This document shows positions 49,035 to 60,738 of a DNA stretch of 64,000 nt, piece after piece. Below the pieces are notes generated by a model. It ran no database searches, was not told the origin of the DNA, and saw nothing but the letters and a program-made list of their open reading frames with translations. Origin of the DNA: an uncultured Planctomycetaceae bacterium (lineage in GTDB: Bacteria; Planctomycetota; Planctomycetia; Pirellulales; PALSA-1355); the NCBI GenBank assembly GCA_963785305.1, contig CAWAUV010000007.1, forward strand, positions 1,568,001 through 1,632,000, in the 5' to 3' direction. The first letter of the stretch is position 1. Each line of letters begins with the position of its first letter. The translations under genes and the position numbers were made by a program.

Positions 49035-50968
49035 GTGCGCCGGCGCGAAGCCGGAGGAGAGTCGCGAATGAAAGAGTCGCACGAGGCAAGGCCTAGCCAG
49101 CCACCTCGGCCTCGAGTGATGCGTCGTGTCGGGCAACTGGCAGGGCGAAGCGTTCACAGAGGCACGGCCGGGCGGTGTATCGAGCTCCGAAAACATTCTT
49201 TTGTGGCGGCCGACCTTGTCCTGACCCCGTCGCTCGATTCATGCGGGAAGGCAACAGTGATGTCGAACGATCATGGCGAGTCCGACGTCTCCCCCACGGA
49301 GTCCGGGACCACCCGCACGGCCGGAAACTTTTCTCGCGGAAGCCGGGAGATCCCGGGAACATCCGCTTCGCTTGAAGCGGATCGGTCGGAGAAGGCGCGA
49401 GGCCACAAGTCCGACATGCACGTTCCCGGGGAGTCAGACAGTTCCATAGTACCAAAGAAGCAGGCGAACAACGACAGCGTGCCGCTGTCGGCGGAGCCCG
49501 TGGAGGGAAGGGAGCTGACCGAGGAGAACGCCGAGCAGTCGCTACTGGACCGGACACACGCCGGGCTCCCAGGTCGCGCGGACTGCTGGGCGTGCGAGAA
49601 GCGGCACAACGCGACAAGAAGATGCGGTTCAACAATCTGCTGAACCATGTCACGCCCGAACTGCTGGTGGCGAGTTTCTTCGACCTGAAGAAGCAAGCCG
49701 CGCCCGGCGTCGATGGCCTGACATGGGCTCAATACGCCACCGATTTCGAAACGCGGATCGACGATCCGCACAGTCGAATCCATCGGGGAGCCTATCGAGC
49801 CAGGCCGTCCAAGCGAACTTGGATTCCCAAGCTCGACGGCAAGCCGCGGCCCCTCGGGATCGCGGCGCTGGAGGACAAGATCGTCCAGCAAGCCGTACGG
49901 ACGATCCTGGAGTGCATCTACGAAGAGGACTTTCTGGGTTTCAGTTACGGCTTTCGTCCTGGACGAAGCTGTCACCGAGCCTTGGACGCGCTCTACGTGG
50001 GCATCAAGAAGCGGAAAGTGAACTGGATTTTGGATGCGGACATCCGCGGCTTCTTCGACAACATCGACCACGCATGGTTGATGAAGTTCCTGGAGCATCG
50101 GATCGCCGACCGACGACTGCTTCGGCTGCTGAAGAAATGGCTTCGAGCCGGAGTGTCGGAAGATGGCGAATGGTCCCCGAGCACCGTGGGAACACCTCAA
50201 GGAGCGGTGATTTCGCCGCTCTATTCGAACGTGTTCTTGCACTATGTTCTGGACCTGTGGCTGGTGGCGTGGCGGAAACGCCATGCCGTGGGCGAGGTCA
50301 TCATCGTGCGCTATGCGGACGATTTCGTAGTCGGATTCCGCGAGGAGTCCGACGCGCGACGCTGCCTGGCGGCGCTCCGGGAACGCTTCACCAAATTCGG
50401 TTTGGAACCGCACCCGGAGAAGACGCGGCTGATCGAGTTCGGACGCTATGCGGCCGAACGACGATCGAAGCGTGGCGATGGCCCACCGGAGACATTCGAC
50501 TTCCTGGGCTTCACCCACATCAGTGGCGTGACCCGGAAGGGCGAATTCACCATTCGCCGCATCTCATCGGCCAAGAAGTTTCGTGGCAAACTGCGCAAAC
50601 TGAAAGAAGCGCTGCGCGGGAAAATGCACATGGACTTGCGCAAGTCGGGCCATGGATATCGAGCGTTTACCGGGGATGGCTCAATTACCATGCGATTCCC
50701 GGCAACTCGGTGCGATTGCAACAATTCCGCACGGCGCTCCAGAAACTCTGGCTCCGCATGCTGCGGCGACGCAGCCAACGCGGACGCCGGATGACCTGGC
50801 GGAAGTTCTCGCAGCTTTGCAAACGATGGCTTCCCACCCCGAAAATCCTGCATCCTTATCCCGAAGTGCGGTTTGATCGTTTGTATCCAAGGTAGGAGCC
50901 GTATGCGGTAGTTCCGCACGTACGGATCTGTGCGGGGGGTGGCCCGAAAGGGCCATCCCTACCGCGAT
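49035..50968 (+). mobile_element. ltrA: Group II intron copy 1 (RT/maturase ORF with two 1-nt deletions)
   Basis: 5' GTGCG; RT motifs GTPQGAVISP and YADD; domain V GAGCCGTATGCGGTAGTTCCGCACGTACGGATCT; 3' end CGAT. Confidence 0.92.
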
Positions 50969-50992
50969 AGTCATTGATTTAACTGATAACCG

Positions 50993-52558
50993 GTGTTTGA
51001 CTCGCGAGCAGACAGCGTTTTATCTTCGACGACCCGGCGGACAGCGGCTCCGCTGGCGGACGCCAAGCCGTGTTCCAGTTCCAAACCACCGGCGATGGCG
51101 CGAGCGCTCCGCGCCCAGCGCGGCGAATCTCACCGATCGCTATCTCTGGGGACCGGCGGTCGATCAGCTTTTGGCCGACGAGCAAGTCACCGACCCGAGC
51201 ACGCCCGGCAACATCTTGTGGACACTCGACGACGGCCAAAACACGGTCCGCGACACGGTCGATTCAAGCGGCGCGATTCAAGACCACATCACTACAACGC
51301 CTTCGGCCAACCGGTCAGCCACACGGCCCTCGATCCCGCGGCGGTCGACGTCGCCTTCGGCGACGACGGCCTGTTCACCGACGCCACCACCGGCGACGAC
51401 TTCGCCGTGAACCGGGTGTACAATCCGGCAAGCGCAACTTGGAACACGCCGGATCCGGCGCAAGCCGACGTAAACACCTACCGCGCCTTCGGCAACAGCC
51501 CGACGAATGCCACGGACCCCAGTGGTTTGGACATCGTCTTAAACGACGAAAGCTCCCAGCAGTTCGTCAAGATTCTCAAAGATGACCGTTGGGGCGACAA
51601 TCGGATCCCGTATAACATGAAGGCAATGCCCAACAATACGGTCGTATTCACCCTCGGGCCGGGCCCCGATGGGACGACGGCCAAACCGAGTTCCGATTGG
51701 GATACGATTACCGACGAATCGCGTTCGGTGATTTCCAGCATGCTGGCCAATGGACAAACATTCGAGTATTCAGGTGTCAATGACCTTATACGCGACGTTA
51801 AGCTGCTCCGGAATGTCGTCGATAATGTCCGCAATTTCCCAATTGAATTCGCGGCCGACGACCCGATGATCGACGATCCGCATTTCAATGAGAATGGAGA
51901 CGTTATCCCCGGGGTTCGGCCAAGTGCTGCCCTCCGGGCGGTGTACGAGAGGATGGCCGAAGGCGAATTCACTCCTATCATGGCGTGTCGAAACGGAGCG
52001 CAGATGCACGTGATGAAGGCCGTGCTTGACGTCTACGGCGACGAAGCGTTCGATAATGCCATGGGATTCAAGGAAGGGAGTGAAGAACCGTTCGAGATAT
52101 TCAACACGAAGAAGTACTTCGGCGATAATCCGGTATTTACGAGGTCGATTGAGGCGAACGGCCCGCAAAGCGTTGTTCCTGGAGAGTACGTCTGGGCTCG
52201 TGGGAACCAAAATGATGGAGTGCTGCCCGGATACGAAGGGTCGAATTTTATAATCGGACCGGGTAATACCGTGCCAGATCTCTGGGGCGGAAGCATTAGC
52301 CTTGGGAACCATCTTACAGACGTGTACCTTTATCGTTTCCGTTGGGACAGCGGCGTAAAGCCGGATGGAGAGGGCATGCCGTCTTGGTCGGAATTTGACG
52401 AAACACGGGATAATTTGCGGCCGGATTTCTCTAACTCAGAAGCGCGGGCAATGAGGACTGAGCAACTTACACATGCGGATGGCGAAGGAGATGGAGTTCT
52501 GCTTAATGAACGGAAGATTCCGGCGCTGAATCCGCTCAAGCCCTCGGAAGATCAATGA
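50993..52558 (+). pseudogene. Orphan RHS cassette (core family B) with putative transglutaminase-like tip 2
   Basis: Frameshifted core (RYLWGPAVDQLLADEQ, DPAQADVNTYRAFGNSPTNATDPSG); tip PSAALRAVY..MACRNGAQ..VLDVYGDEAFD..PGEYVW..EGSN. Confidence 0.75.
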
Positions 52559-52600
52559 ACGTCGACGCGTTTCGCAACTACGGCAGGAGACGGTTCTATC

Positions 52601-53287
52601 ATGAAATGGCGACTGTTTTGTCTTGGTTTTGCGCTTTCGTCGGCAATATATTTTCCGGAGCGCGGGTGTCCGCAAGAATCCACGGACTCGAAAGCTCGAT
52701 CGATCGCGGAACTTTGCGAGTCGCTCGCATCGTCGAACCCGGTGCCGATGCCAACGCATGATCCTTTCTCGAAATTCACACTGCCCGATGGTTACGACAC
52801 TCACAAGAGAGATGCCATTGTGCAATCCATAAAAATGCTCCTAGACGCGGGCGTCGTTGCATTTCCGGAGCTTGTCGGGCATTGCCGCGATAAACGATAT
52901 TCCCTAACGCAGTATACCCTAGCAGGCGGGGTTGGAAACCAAACCGTCGGGCAGGTGTGCTGGCGGATACTTGAATCTCAAGTCCGTGCGGGGATTCCCG
53001 GCGACACAAAATATCGCCATTCATTCAGTGTCCCGGGCGACGCTACCGCGTGGTGGGAAGAACGCAAGCATTTCTCATTATGGGAGCTGCAAGCGGATGC
53101 GATGGAAGCCAAGCTCCATAGCCTGCGGCGGATAGCGGAACAAGAGAAACCGCCACGCACGAAATGGGAGAAAGCCGATCGAGCGCAGCTTTCAAGTGTA
53201 ATTCACAAGCTAGAGACAAACCTATCGGAGATCAAAGCAACTCGCAAGCCGTTCCCCGCGCGATTGAGGCTTAAAGGGATTCAGTGA
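52601..53287 (+). CDS. Secreted immunity protein
   Basis: Signal-like MKWRLFCLGFALS; FPELVGHCRDKRY..TVGQVC..WWEERK..LWELQADA. Confidence 0.75.
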   Translation: MKWRLFCLGFALSSAIYFPERGCPQESTDSKARSIAELCESLASSNPVPMPTHDPFSKFTLPDGYDTHKRDAIVQSIKMLLDAGVVAFPELVGHCRDKRYSLTQYTLAGGVGNQTVGQVCWRILESQVRAGIPGDTKYRHSFSVPGDATAWWEERKHFSLWELQADAMEAKLHSLRRIAEQEKPPRTKWEKADRAQLSSVIHKLETNLSEIKATRKPFPARLRLKGIQ

Positions 53288-53393
53288 AGACGTGTCCCTC
53301 CCGAAAACCTCGTCGGAAGGGGGCGGTCCCAAGTAGCGTCGTTGTGGGAGATCGGCTTACGCGGGGCGCAAGAAGAAAAACTCTTGCGTTGGA

Positions 53394-54635
53394 ATGAAAA
53401 CAGGCCCGGAGGGCCTGTTTTCATTCGCTGCGCGCGGCGTTGCCTTCGGCTACGACGGCCTGTTCACCGACGCCACCACCGGCGACGACTTCGCCGTGAA
53501 TCGGGTGTACGATCCATCGAGCGGGACCTGGAACACGCCGGATCCGGCGCAAGCCGACGTAAACACCTACCGCGCCTTCGGCAACAGCCCGACGAACGAG
53601 GTCGATCCCGAAGGGCTGGAGCCCTACGCGAACGCTCCGAGTCGCGAGGAGCGGTTCAACGCGGAATGGGAACGAATCGGGCGCGAGTATTTATCGATCA
53701 TCACGCCGGGCGAATTCGGCGAGCAGCAAGCGAAGGAACTGACCGACTACATTAATCAATCGCTTGATTTCGAGGCAAAATTCACCACTTGGTTCAATTC
53801 GCTGCCGCCCGCGGAACGATACAGCACTGATCCGTCACCGAGCGTGCTTAGTTTGGCGCCGACTGCGCCGGCGTTTTTGCAAGGCGCGATGAAGAAGGCG
53901 GCGGATTACAAGGCGTTTTTGAGCACTCAGCCCTCGATCGTCGCGGTTTCGCCCGATGAGGCCGGCGCCGGTTTCGTTCGGGCCTATGAAAACAATCCGA
54001 ATACGGTGTATGTTAAAGGCGGGAATGCAGCGGCGGAGTATGGAAAATCGATCGCGCGGATGGGGATGCGTCGCGACGCGAACGTGTTGGCATCGCAAGG
54101 CGCGGTTGTCGGCACGATGGCGTTGATGCTCGACCCCACCCGATCAGGCCGCGGCAACCTTGACGACGCGCTGATAATGGCATCGGGCTTCGCGAAAGGG
54201 ACGATCCCCGCCTTTGATCCGCTCGTCGGCCCGGAGACACCAAATAAACTCGCCAGCCCAGGAGAAAACGCGGCGGAGGGGAATGCTCCAAAATACAGTG
54301 CATCTCTCGGCAAAGCTGCATCCAACGACTACAAAGCCACGTTCTTCAAGGCGAATCCATCCCTTGAAGGCGAGGTTGTCGTCCATCATGCCATACCGCA
54401 GAAGGTCTTAAATCAATATCCTGGGATCATCACTGAGGCTGAACTGCATTCGCTACAAAATCTGAGAGGTATTCCCAAGTCGATCAACTCCGACGTGCAT
54501 CTGAGCAAAATCGCAAAGGAATGGAATGAGTTTTACCGGACGCATCCAACTGCGACCAAAGAGCAGCTTCTCCAAAAGGCGACTGAAATTGACTTGAAGT
54601 ATGGCACGCAGTTCACGCGACCGGTGGGAGGCTGA
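53394..54635 (+). CDS. Orphan RHS cassette (core B) with HNH-like nuclease tip
   Basis: DPEG, a ~220-aa linker region, then VHHAIPQ..NLRGIP..HLSKIAKEWNEFY. Confidence 0.75.
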   Translation: MKTGPEGLFSFAARGVAFGYDGLFTDATTGDDFAVNRVYDPSSGTWNTPDPAQADVNTYRAFGNSPTNEVDPEGLEPYANAPSREERFNAEWERIGREYLSIITPGEFGEQQAKELTDYINQSLDFEAKFTTWFNSLPPAERYSTDPSPSVLSLAPTAPAFLQGAMKKAADYKAFLSTQPSIVAVSPDEAGAGFVRAYENNPNTVYVKGGNAAAEYGKSIARMGMRRDANVLASQGAVVGTMALMLDPTRSGRGNLDDALIMASGFAKGTIPAFDPLVGPETPNKLASPGENAAEGNAPKYSASLGKAASNDYKATFFKANPSLEGEVVVHHAIPQKVLNQYPGIITEAELHSLQNLRGIPKSINSDVHLSKIAKEWNEFYRTHPTATKEQLLQKATEIDLKYGTQFTRPVGG

Positions 54636-54640
54636 ACAGC

Positions 54641-55066
54641 ATGAAATACTTCATTCTTTCGCCCGAAGTGGCTGCAATGGGTTTGGGGGTCAACACGATT
54701 ATGGACCGTACAGTTCATCCTCCCATCGTGTCCTACCTGCACTATGACTTTGATGTGTGGCTCGGCGACGACTTGTTGGAGGGTTTCCCGTGCTTCATCG
54801 CCACAGATCGTCTTGCTGAGGCGATTCAGAACGCTGGCTTGTCCGGCACTGAATTTCGCCCAGTTGCAGTAAGCACGTCGGAGCAGTTCAAGGACATGTA
54901 CGGGGAGCGAGAATTGCCGCCATTCGTCTGGCTTTATCCAAGCGGACGATCAGGAGTTGATGATTTCGGAGTCGATGCAACTGGTCGTCTTGTAGTTTCC
55001 GAAAATGCTCTGGCATTGCTGCGAACAATGAAAATCGACCACTGTGATGTCTCGGAACTTGTTTAG
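54641..55066 (+). CDS. Cognate immunity protein
   Basis: 5 bp after the toxin stop; PEVA..WLGDDLLEGFPCFIA..LVVSENAL. Confidence 0.8.
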   Translation: MKYFILSPEVAAMGLGVNTIMDRTVHPPIVSYLHYDFDVWLGDDLLEGFPCFIATDRLAEAIQNAGLSGTEFRPVAVSTSEQFKDMYGERELPPFVWLYPSGRSGVDDFGVDATGRLVVSENALALLRTMKIDHCDVSELV

Positions 55067-55268
55067 GCCGTGTGCCAAGACACAATGACATCGGATAAGA
55101 AAAGCAACAGCCCATCAGCATATAGGGCGTGGCCTCCAGGGGTGTCATCAGAACTTTTTGCTTCGGAGTTGTTCGATTCCCAATTCTGCAACACCGCCCG
55201 TCCCAACGCCGACTTCCCGTCAGATTCTCGTCGGGTTGATGTCCACGGAACAATCCAAAGGGGTCAGG

Positions 55269-57204
55269 GTGCGCCGGCGCGAAGCCGGAGGAGAGTAGCG
55301 AATGAAAGAGTCGCACGAGGCAAGGCCTAGCCAGCCACCTCGGCCTCGAGTGATGCGTCGTGTCGGGCAACTGGCAGGGCGAAGCGTTCACAGAGGCACG
55401 GCCGGGCGGTGTATCGAGCTCCGAAAACATTCTTTTGTGGCGGCCGACCTTGTCCTGACCCCGTCGCTCGATTCATGCGGGAAGGCAACAGTGATGTCGA
55501 ACGATCATGGCGAGTCCGACGTCTCCCCCACGGAGTCCGGGACCACCCGCACGGCCGGAAACTTTTCTCGCGGAAGCCGGGAGATCCCGGGAACATCCGC
55601 TTCGCTTGAAGCGGATCGGTCGGAGAAGGCGCGAGGCCACAAGTCCGACATGCACGTTCCCGGGGAGTCAGACAGTTCCATAGTACCAAAGAAGCAGGCG
55701 AACAACGACAGCGTGCCGCTGTCGGCGGAGCCCGTGGAGGGAAGGGAACTGACCGAGGAGAACGCCGAGCAGTCGCTACTGGACCGGACACAGCGCCGGG
55801 CTCCCAGGTCGCGCGGACTGCTGGGCGTGCGAGAAGCGGCACAACGCGACAAGAAGATGCGGTTCAACAATCTGCTGAACCATGTCACGCCCGAACTGCT
55901 GGTGGCGAGTTTCTTCGACCTGAAGAAGCAAGCCGCGCCCGGCGTCGATGGCCTGACATGGGCTCAATACGCCACCGATTTCGAAACGCGGATCGACGAT
56001 CCGCACAGTCGAATCCATCGGGGAGCCTATCGAGCCAGGCCGTCCAAGCGAACTTGGATTCCCAAGCTCGACGGCAAGCCGCGGCCCCTCGGGATCGCGG
56101 CGCTGGAGGACAAGATCGTCCAGCAAGCCGTACGGACGATCCTGGAGTGCATCTACGAAGAGGACTTTCTGGGTTTCAGTTACGGCTTTCGTCCTGGACG
56201 AAGCTGTCACCGAGCCTTGGACGCGCTCTACGTGGGCATCAAGAAGCGGAAAGTGAACTGGATTTTGGATGCGGACATCCGCGGCTTCTTCGACAACATC
56301 GACCACGCATGGTTGATGAAGTTCCTGGAGCATCGGATCGCCGACCGACGACTGCTTCGGCTGCTGAAGAAATGGCTTCGAGCCGGAGTGTCGGAAGATG
56401 GCGAATGGTCCCCGAGCACCGTGGGAACACCTCAAGGAGCGGTGATTTCGCCGCTCTATTCGAACGTGTTCTTGCACTATGTTCTGGACCTGTGGCTGGT
56501 GGCGTGGCGGAAACGCCATGCCGTGGGCGAGGTCATCATCGTGCGCTATGCGGACGATTTCGTAGTCGGATTCCGCGAGGAGTCCGACGCGCGACGCTGC
56601 CTGGCGGCGCTCCGGGAACGCTTCACCAAATTCGGTTTGGAACTGCACCCGGAGAAGACGCGGCTGATCGAGTTCGGACGCTATGCGGCCGAACGACGAT
56701 CGAAGCGTGGCGATGGCCCACCGGAGACATTCGACTTCCTGGGCTTCACCCACATCAGTGGCGTGACCCGGAAGGGCGAATTCACCATTCGCCGCATCTC
56801 ATCGGCCAAGAAGTTTCGTGGCAAACTGCGCGAACTGAAAGAAGCGCTGCGCGGGAAAATGCACATGGACTTGGCGCAAGTCGGGCCATGGCTATCGAGC
56901 GTTTACCGGGGATGGCTCAATTACCATGCGATTCCCGGCAACTCGGTGCGATTGCAACAATTCCGCACGGCGCTCCAGAAACTCTGGCTCCGCATGCTGC
57001 GGCGACGCAGCCAACGCGGACGCCGGATGACCTGGCGGAAGTTCTCGCAGCTTTGCAAACGATGGCTTCCCACCCCGAAAATCCTGCATCCTTATCCCGA
57101 AGTGCGGTTTGATCGTTTGTATCCAAGGTAGGAGCCGTATGCGGTAGTTCCGCACGTACGGATCTGTGCGGGGGGTGGCCCGAAAGGGCCATCCCTACCG
57201 CGAT
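55269..57204 (+). mobile_element. Group II intron copy 2 (intact)
   Basis: Same ends as copy 1; 1,936 bp. Confidence 0.95.
55650..57131 (+). CDS. ltrA: Group II intron reverse transcriptase/maturase without endonuclease domain (start uncertain)
   Basis: APGVDG, RPLGIAALEDKIVQ, SYGFRPGRS, DADIRGFFD, PQG, RYADD, FDFLGF; ends ILHPYPEVRF. Confidence 0.93.
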   Translation: MHVPGESDSSIVPKKQANNDSVPLSAEPVEGRELTEENAEQSLLDRTQRRAPRSRGLLGVREAAQRDKKMRFNNLLNHVTPELLVASFFDLKKQAAPGVDGLTWAQYATDFETRIDDPHSRIHRGAYRARPSKRTWIPKLDGKPRPLGIAALEDKIVQQAVRTILECIYEEDFLGFSYGFRPGRSCHRALDALYVGIKKRKVNWILDADIRGFFDNIDHAWLMKFLEHRIADRRLLRLLKKWLRAGVSEDGEWSPSTVGTPQGAVISPLYSNVFLHYVLDLWLVAWRKRHAVGEVIIVRYADDFVVGFREESDARRCLAALRERFTKFGLELHPEKTRLIEFGRYAAERRSKRGDGPPETFDFLGFTHISGVTRKGEFTIRRISSAKKFRGKLRELKEALRGKMHMDLAQVGPWLSSVYRGWLNYHAIPGNSVRLQQFRTALQKLWLRMLRRRSQRGRRMTWRKFSQLCKRWLPTPKILHPYPEVRFDRLYPR

Positions 57205-57228
57205 ACTCATTGATTTAACTGATAACCG

Positions 57229-60200
57229 GTGTTTGACTCGCGAGCAGACAGCGTTTTATCTTCGACGACCCGGCGGACAGCGGCTCCGCTGGCGGACGCC
57301 AAGCCGTGTTCCAGTTCCAAACCACCGGCGATGGCGCGAGCGCTCCGCGCCCAGCGCGGCGAATCTCACCGATCGCTATCTCTGGGGACCGGCGGTCGAT
57401 CAGCTTTTGGCCGACGAGCAAGTCACCGACCCGAGCACGCCCGGCAACATCTTGTGGACACTCGACGACGGCCAAAACACGGTCCGCGACACGGTCGATT
57501 CAAGCGGCGCGATTCAAGACCACATCACTACAACGCCTTCGGCCAACCGGTCAGCCACACGGCCCTCGATCCCGCGGCGGTCGACGTCGCCTTCGGCTAC
57601 GACGGCCTGTTCACCGACGCCACCACCGGCGACGACTTCGCCGTGAATCGGGTGTACGATCCATCGAGCGGGACCTGGAACACGCCGGATCCGGCGCAAG
57701 CGGATGTCAACACCTACCGCGCGTTCGGCAACAGCCCGACGAACGAGGTCGATCCCGAAGGGTTGGAACCCTACGCGAACGCTCCGAGTCGCGAGGAGCG
57801 GTTCAACGCGGAATGGGAACGAATCGGGCGCGAGTATTTATCGATCCTCACGCCGGGCGAATTCGGCGAGCAGCAAGCGAAGGAACTGACCGACTACATT
57901 AATCAATCGCTTGATTTCGAGGCAAAATTCACCACTTGGTTCAATTCGCTGCCGCCCGCGGAACGATACAGCACTGATCCGTCACCGAGCGTGCTTAGCC
58001 CTTAAACAAGCGTACGCGGTTGCGTTTTGCGGCGGTTTCGCGTGGCCGGCGGTGTGCGCGGCGTGAGCGGGCGGCGCCGGCGGGCGAGCTACTCTCGGCG
58101 GCGGGTTTTTGTTTGGCATTGGCGGTTGGCTTTCCTGGTTCGGCGTGGCGGCGGACCGGAGCGTCCGGACTCCGGCTTCAATTGATCGGCGTCAACATCG
58201 CAGGCCGTCCAGCCAGCGAAACAACACGACTTGCCAGCGATTCCAACCCAACAAACGATAGATCAATCTTCGCCCGCCACGCACGATTTGACATGGCATC
58301 CGAATGAAAGCGTTGCGGAATGTCTTGAACTCCATCTTGAGCACCGTCTTCTTTTCCTCGCGCCGCGCTTCTTGTTCGCGGCCCGGCGGCTCGGGCAAGA
58401 GCAAGGCCCACCACGCCTTCAGGTTCCAGGCCAGCGAGACCATCACCATGTAGGCCCAGTTGCTCACCAAGTTGTCGACCGGCGCGTGCAAGGCGCGCAC
58501 CGCGCCTTTAAGCTGCGCGTTCAGGTTCTCTTGATCGCAGCGGTCGTTCGCCTCGAACACCACTTCGGCCGGCGTGAGCTCGCGATCGTTCGTCAAGTAG
58601 AAGAAGTAGCGATAGCTGGAAAACAGCGTCCGCTGACCTTGGTGCTCGTCGATCCACTTGCGCACCACCACCAGGCGGTACACCTTCTTGCACGCCGTGG
58701 GTCGATAATCGAACTCGGCGACCTCTTCGCCCACCAGCCGCAGGTTCTTGAATCCCCGCTCGCGCACGATGCCTTCCTTAACATTGGTCGGCCGTGCGCG
58801 GCGTTTGGTCTTCACGGCGTAACGCGGCGCGCGCTCGAGCGGTTGCCAGGCCTTGTCCTTCAAGTCGTCGGCCAAAAGCTGCAATTTCAGCTTGGCGTCC
58901 ATGCCGAACACGAATCGCACGCGCGGGTCGTCCGTCCAGCGGTCCAGATGCGTCGTCTGCGAGAAGTCGGTGTCGCCGCGGAGCAACACCTTGCGAAAGC
59001 CGCCGGCGAAGCAGACTTCCAGCGCGCGATCGACTTCGGCCGCCGCCCCTTCGTGGCTGGGCCGGTTGCCCGAGCGGTTGACGATCGAGAACACTTCGCC
59101 CGTGTTGGCCAGCGACACGACCAGCGGATGATAGCCCCACTCGCCCTTGTGGGAGATGTCCATGCCCTCCTTGCACTGGCCGCCGGTGGGCGCGAACACG
59201 CCGTCCATGTCGATGCGGGCTTGGGCGAAGAACTCGGCGGGCTGGCGGGCCCAAGCTTTATGTCGTGTTTCGTGGAAAGCTTCTTGCAGCGCGCGCACGT
59301 CGCTCGGCTTGAAACGTCGGCAGAAGTCGCCCGCCGTGGTCGGATCGGGCACGCGCCGGGCGCCGAGCGCGTCGAGATAGACTTCGTCGTTGCGGCGCAG
59401 TTCGAGGTCTTCCAAGCAATCGCCGTCGCACAAGGCGTTGAACGCTAGGTTGAGCACATGATCGCTCTCATGATATGGCAGATGCACCTTGAGCAGATGC
59501 AATCGCCGATCGATCGCTTCGGCCAGCCCCAGTTCTTGGACCAGCAACCGCATCGCGCCCAAGCCGCCATAAGCCATGCCTTGCGCCGCGCTCCGCAAGC
59601 TCATACTTGATATTGCCGGGCCGCATGATCGGGCGCTCGCAACCCTCGCAGTTGTGCTTGTCGATGCGCCGCTCGACCCGCCGCTTGCATGCGGCGAGAC
59701 GTCGGCGTATCTTGGCCCGTGTTCTTCGGCCCTTGGCCTGCGCCCTCTGACGCTTGGCCCGCGCTCTTTGGTTCTTGGCTTTCACTCGAAATCCCTCGGT
59801 GGCCGTGGTGTTCGTGACTGGCAAAAAACACAGAATACCGCAAATCCGCCGAGGGATTTCGCTTTTTCCAAAAACCTCCCCGCCCACGCCCTCAAAGGGA
59901 TACTGGTTTAAGGCTTAGCTTGGCGCCGACCGCGCCGGCGTTTTTGCAAGGCGCGATGAAGAAGGCGGCGGATTACAAGGCGTTTTTGAGCACTCAGCCC
60001 TCGATCGTCGCGGTTTCGCCCGATGAGGCCGGCGCCGGCTTCGTTCGGGCCTATGAAAACAATCCGAATACGGTGTATGTTAAAGGCGGGAATGCAGCGG
60101 CGGAGTATGGAAAATCGATCGCGCGGATGGGGATGCGTCGCGACGCGAACGTGTTGGCATCGCAAGGCGCGGTTGTCGGCACGATGGCGTTGATGCTCGA

Positions 60201-60738
60201 CCCCACCCGATCAGGCCGCGGCAACCTTGACGACGCGCTGATAATGGCATCGGGCTTCGCGAAAGGCACGATCCCCGCCTTTGATCCGCTCGTCGGCCCG
60301 GAGACACCAAATAAACTCGCCAGCCCAGGTGTAAACGCGGCGGAGGGGAATGCTCCAATTAATGTCCAAGGGACCGTCGTTCGATACGGACCACACGTCG
60401 AAGGTCCGTTACCAGCAAACGTTGCGAACACATTCCGAGGCGGCAGTTACTCGCAGATTACGACTCAAGGCGAAACGACGCTCTACCGTGTTTACGGTGG
60501 AAAATCACCCGAGATAGGGTCTTGGTGGTCAACAACGAAACCGAATGGTCCATTGCAATCGCAAATGGATTTGGCGCTCGACCCGGCTTGGGGAAACACT
60601 GCAACGAAGGTTGTTGAAATCAGAGTTCCGAAGGGCACGGTAATATACGAGGGAGCAGCCGCACCCCAAGCTCATTTGCCTGGCGGCGGCGTCCAGGTAT
60701 ACATTCCAAAGGTCAATTCAGGATGGGTGGTGAAATAA
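57229..60738 (+). pseudogene. Orphan RHS cassette (core B) split by IS1380; tip with putative ART/TNT-like fold
   Basis: Matches 53440-54291 up to EGNAP, then TFRGGSY..LYRVYGG..GSWWS..DLALDPAWGN..GGGVQVY. Confidence 0.75.
58000..59913 (-). mobile_element. IS1380-family element (transposase ~58192-59785, one frameshift)
   Basis: TIRs CCTTAAAC / GTTTAAGG and CTTAGC duplication; motifs PYHESDHVL, PDPTTAGDF, IDMDG, GYHPL, LRGDTDF and RCDQEN. Confidence 0.9.

Noticed and set aside
55302..55649. N-terminal extension giving a 609-aa RT
   Set aside because: It overlaps the structured intron RNA domains; probably an incidental open frame.
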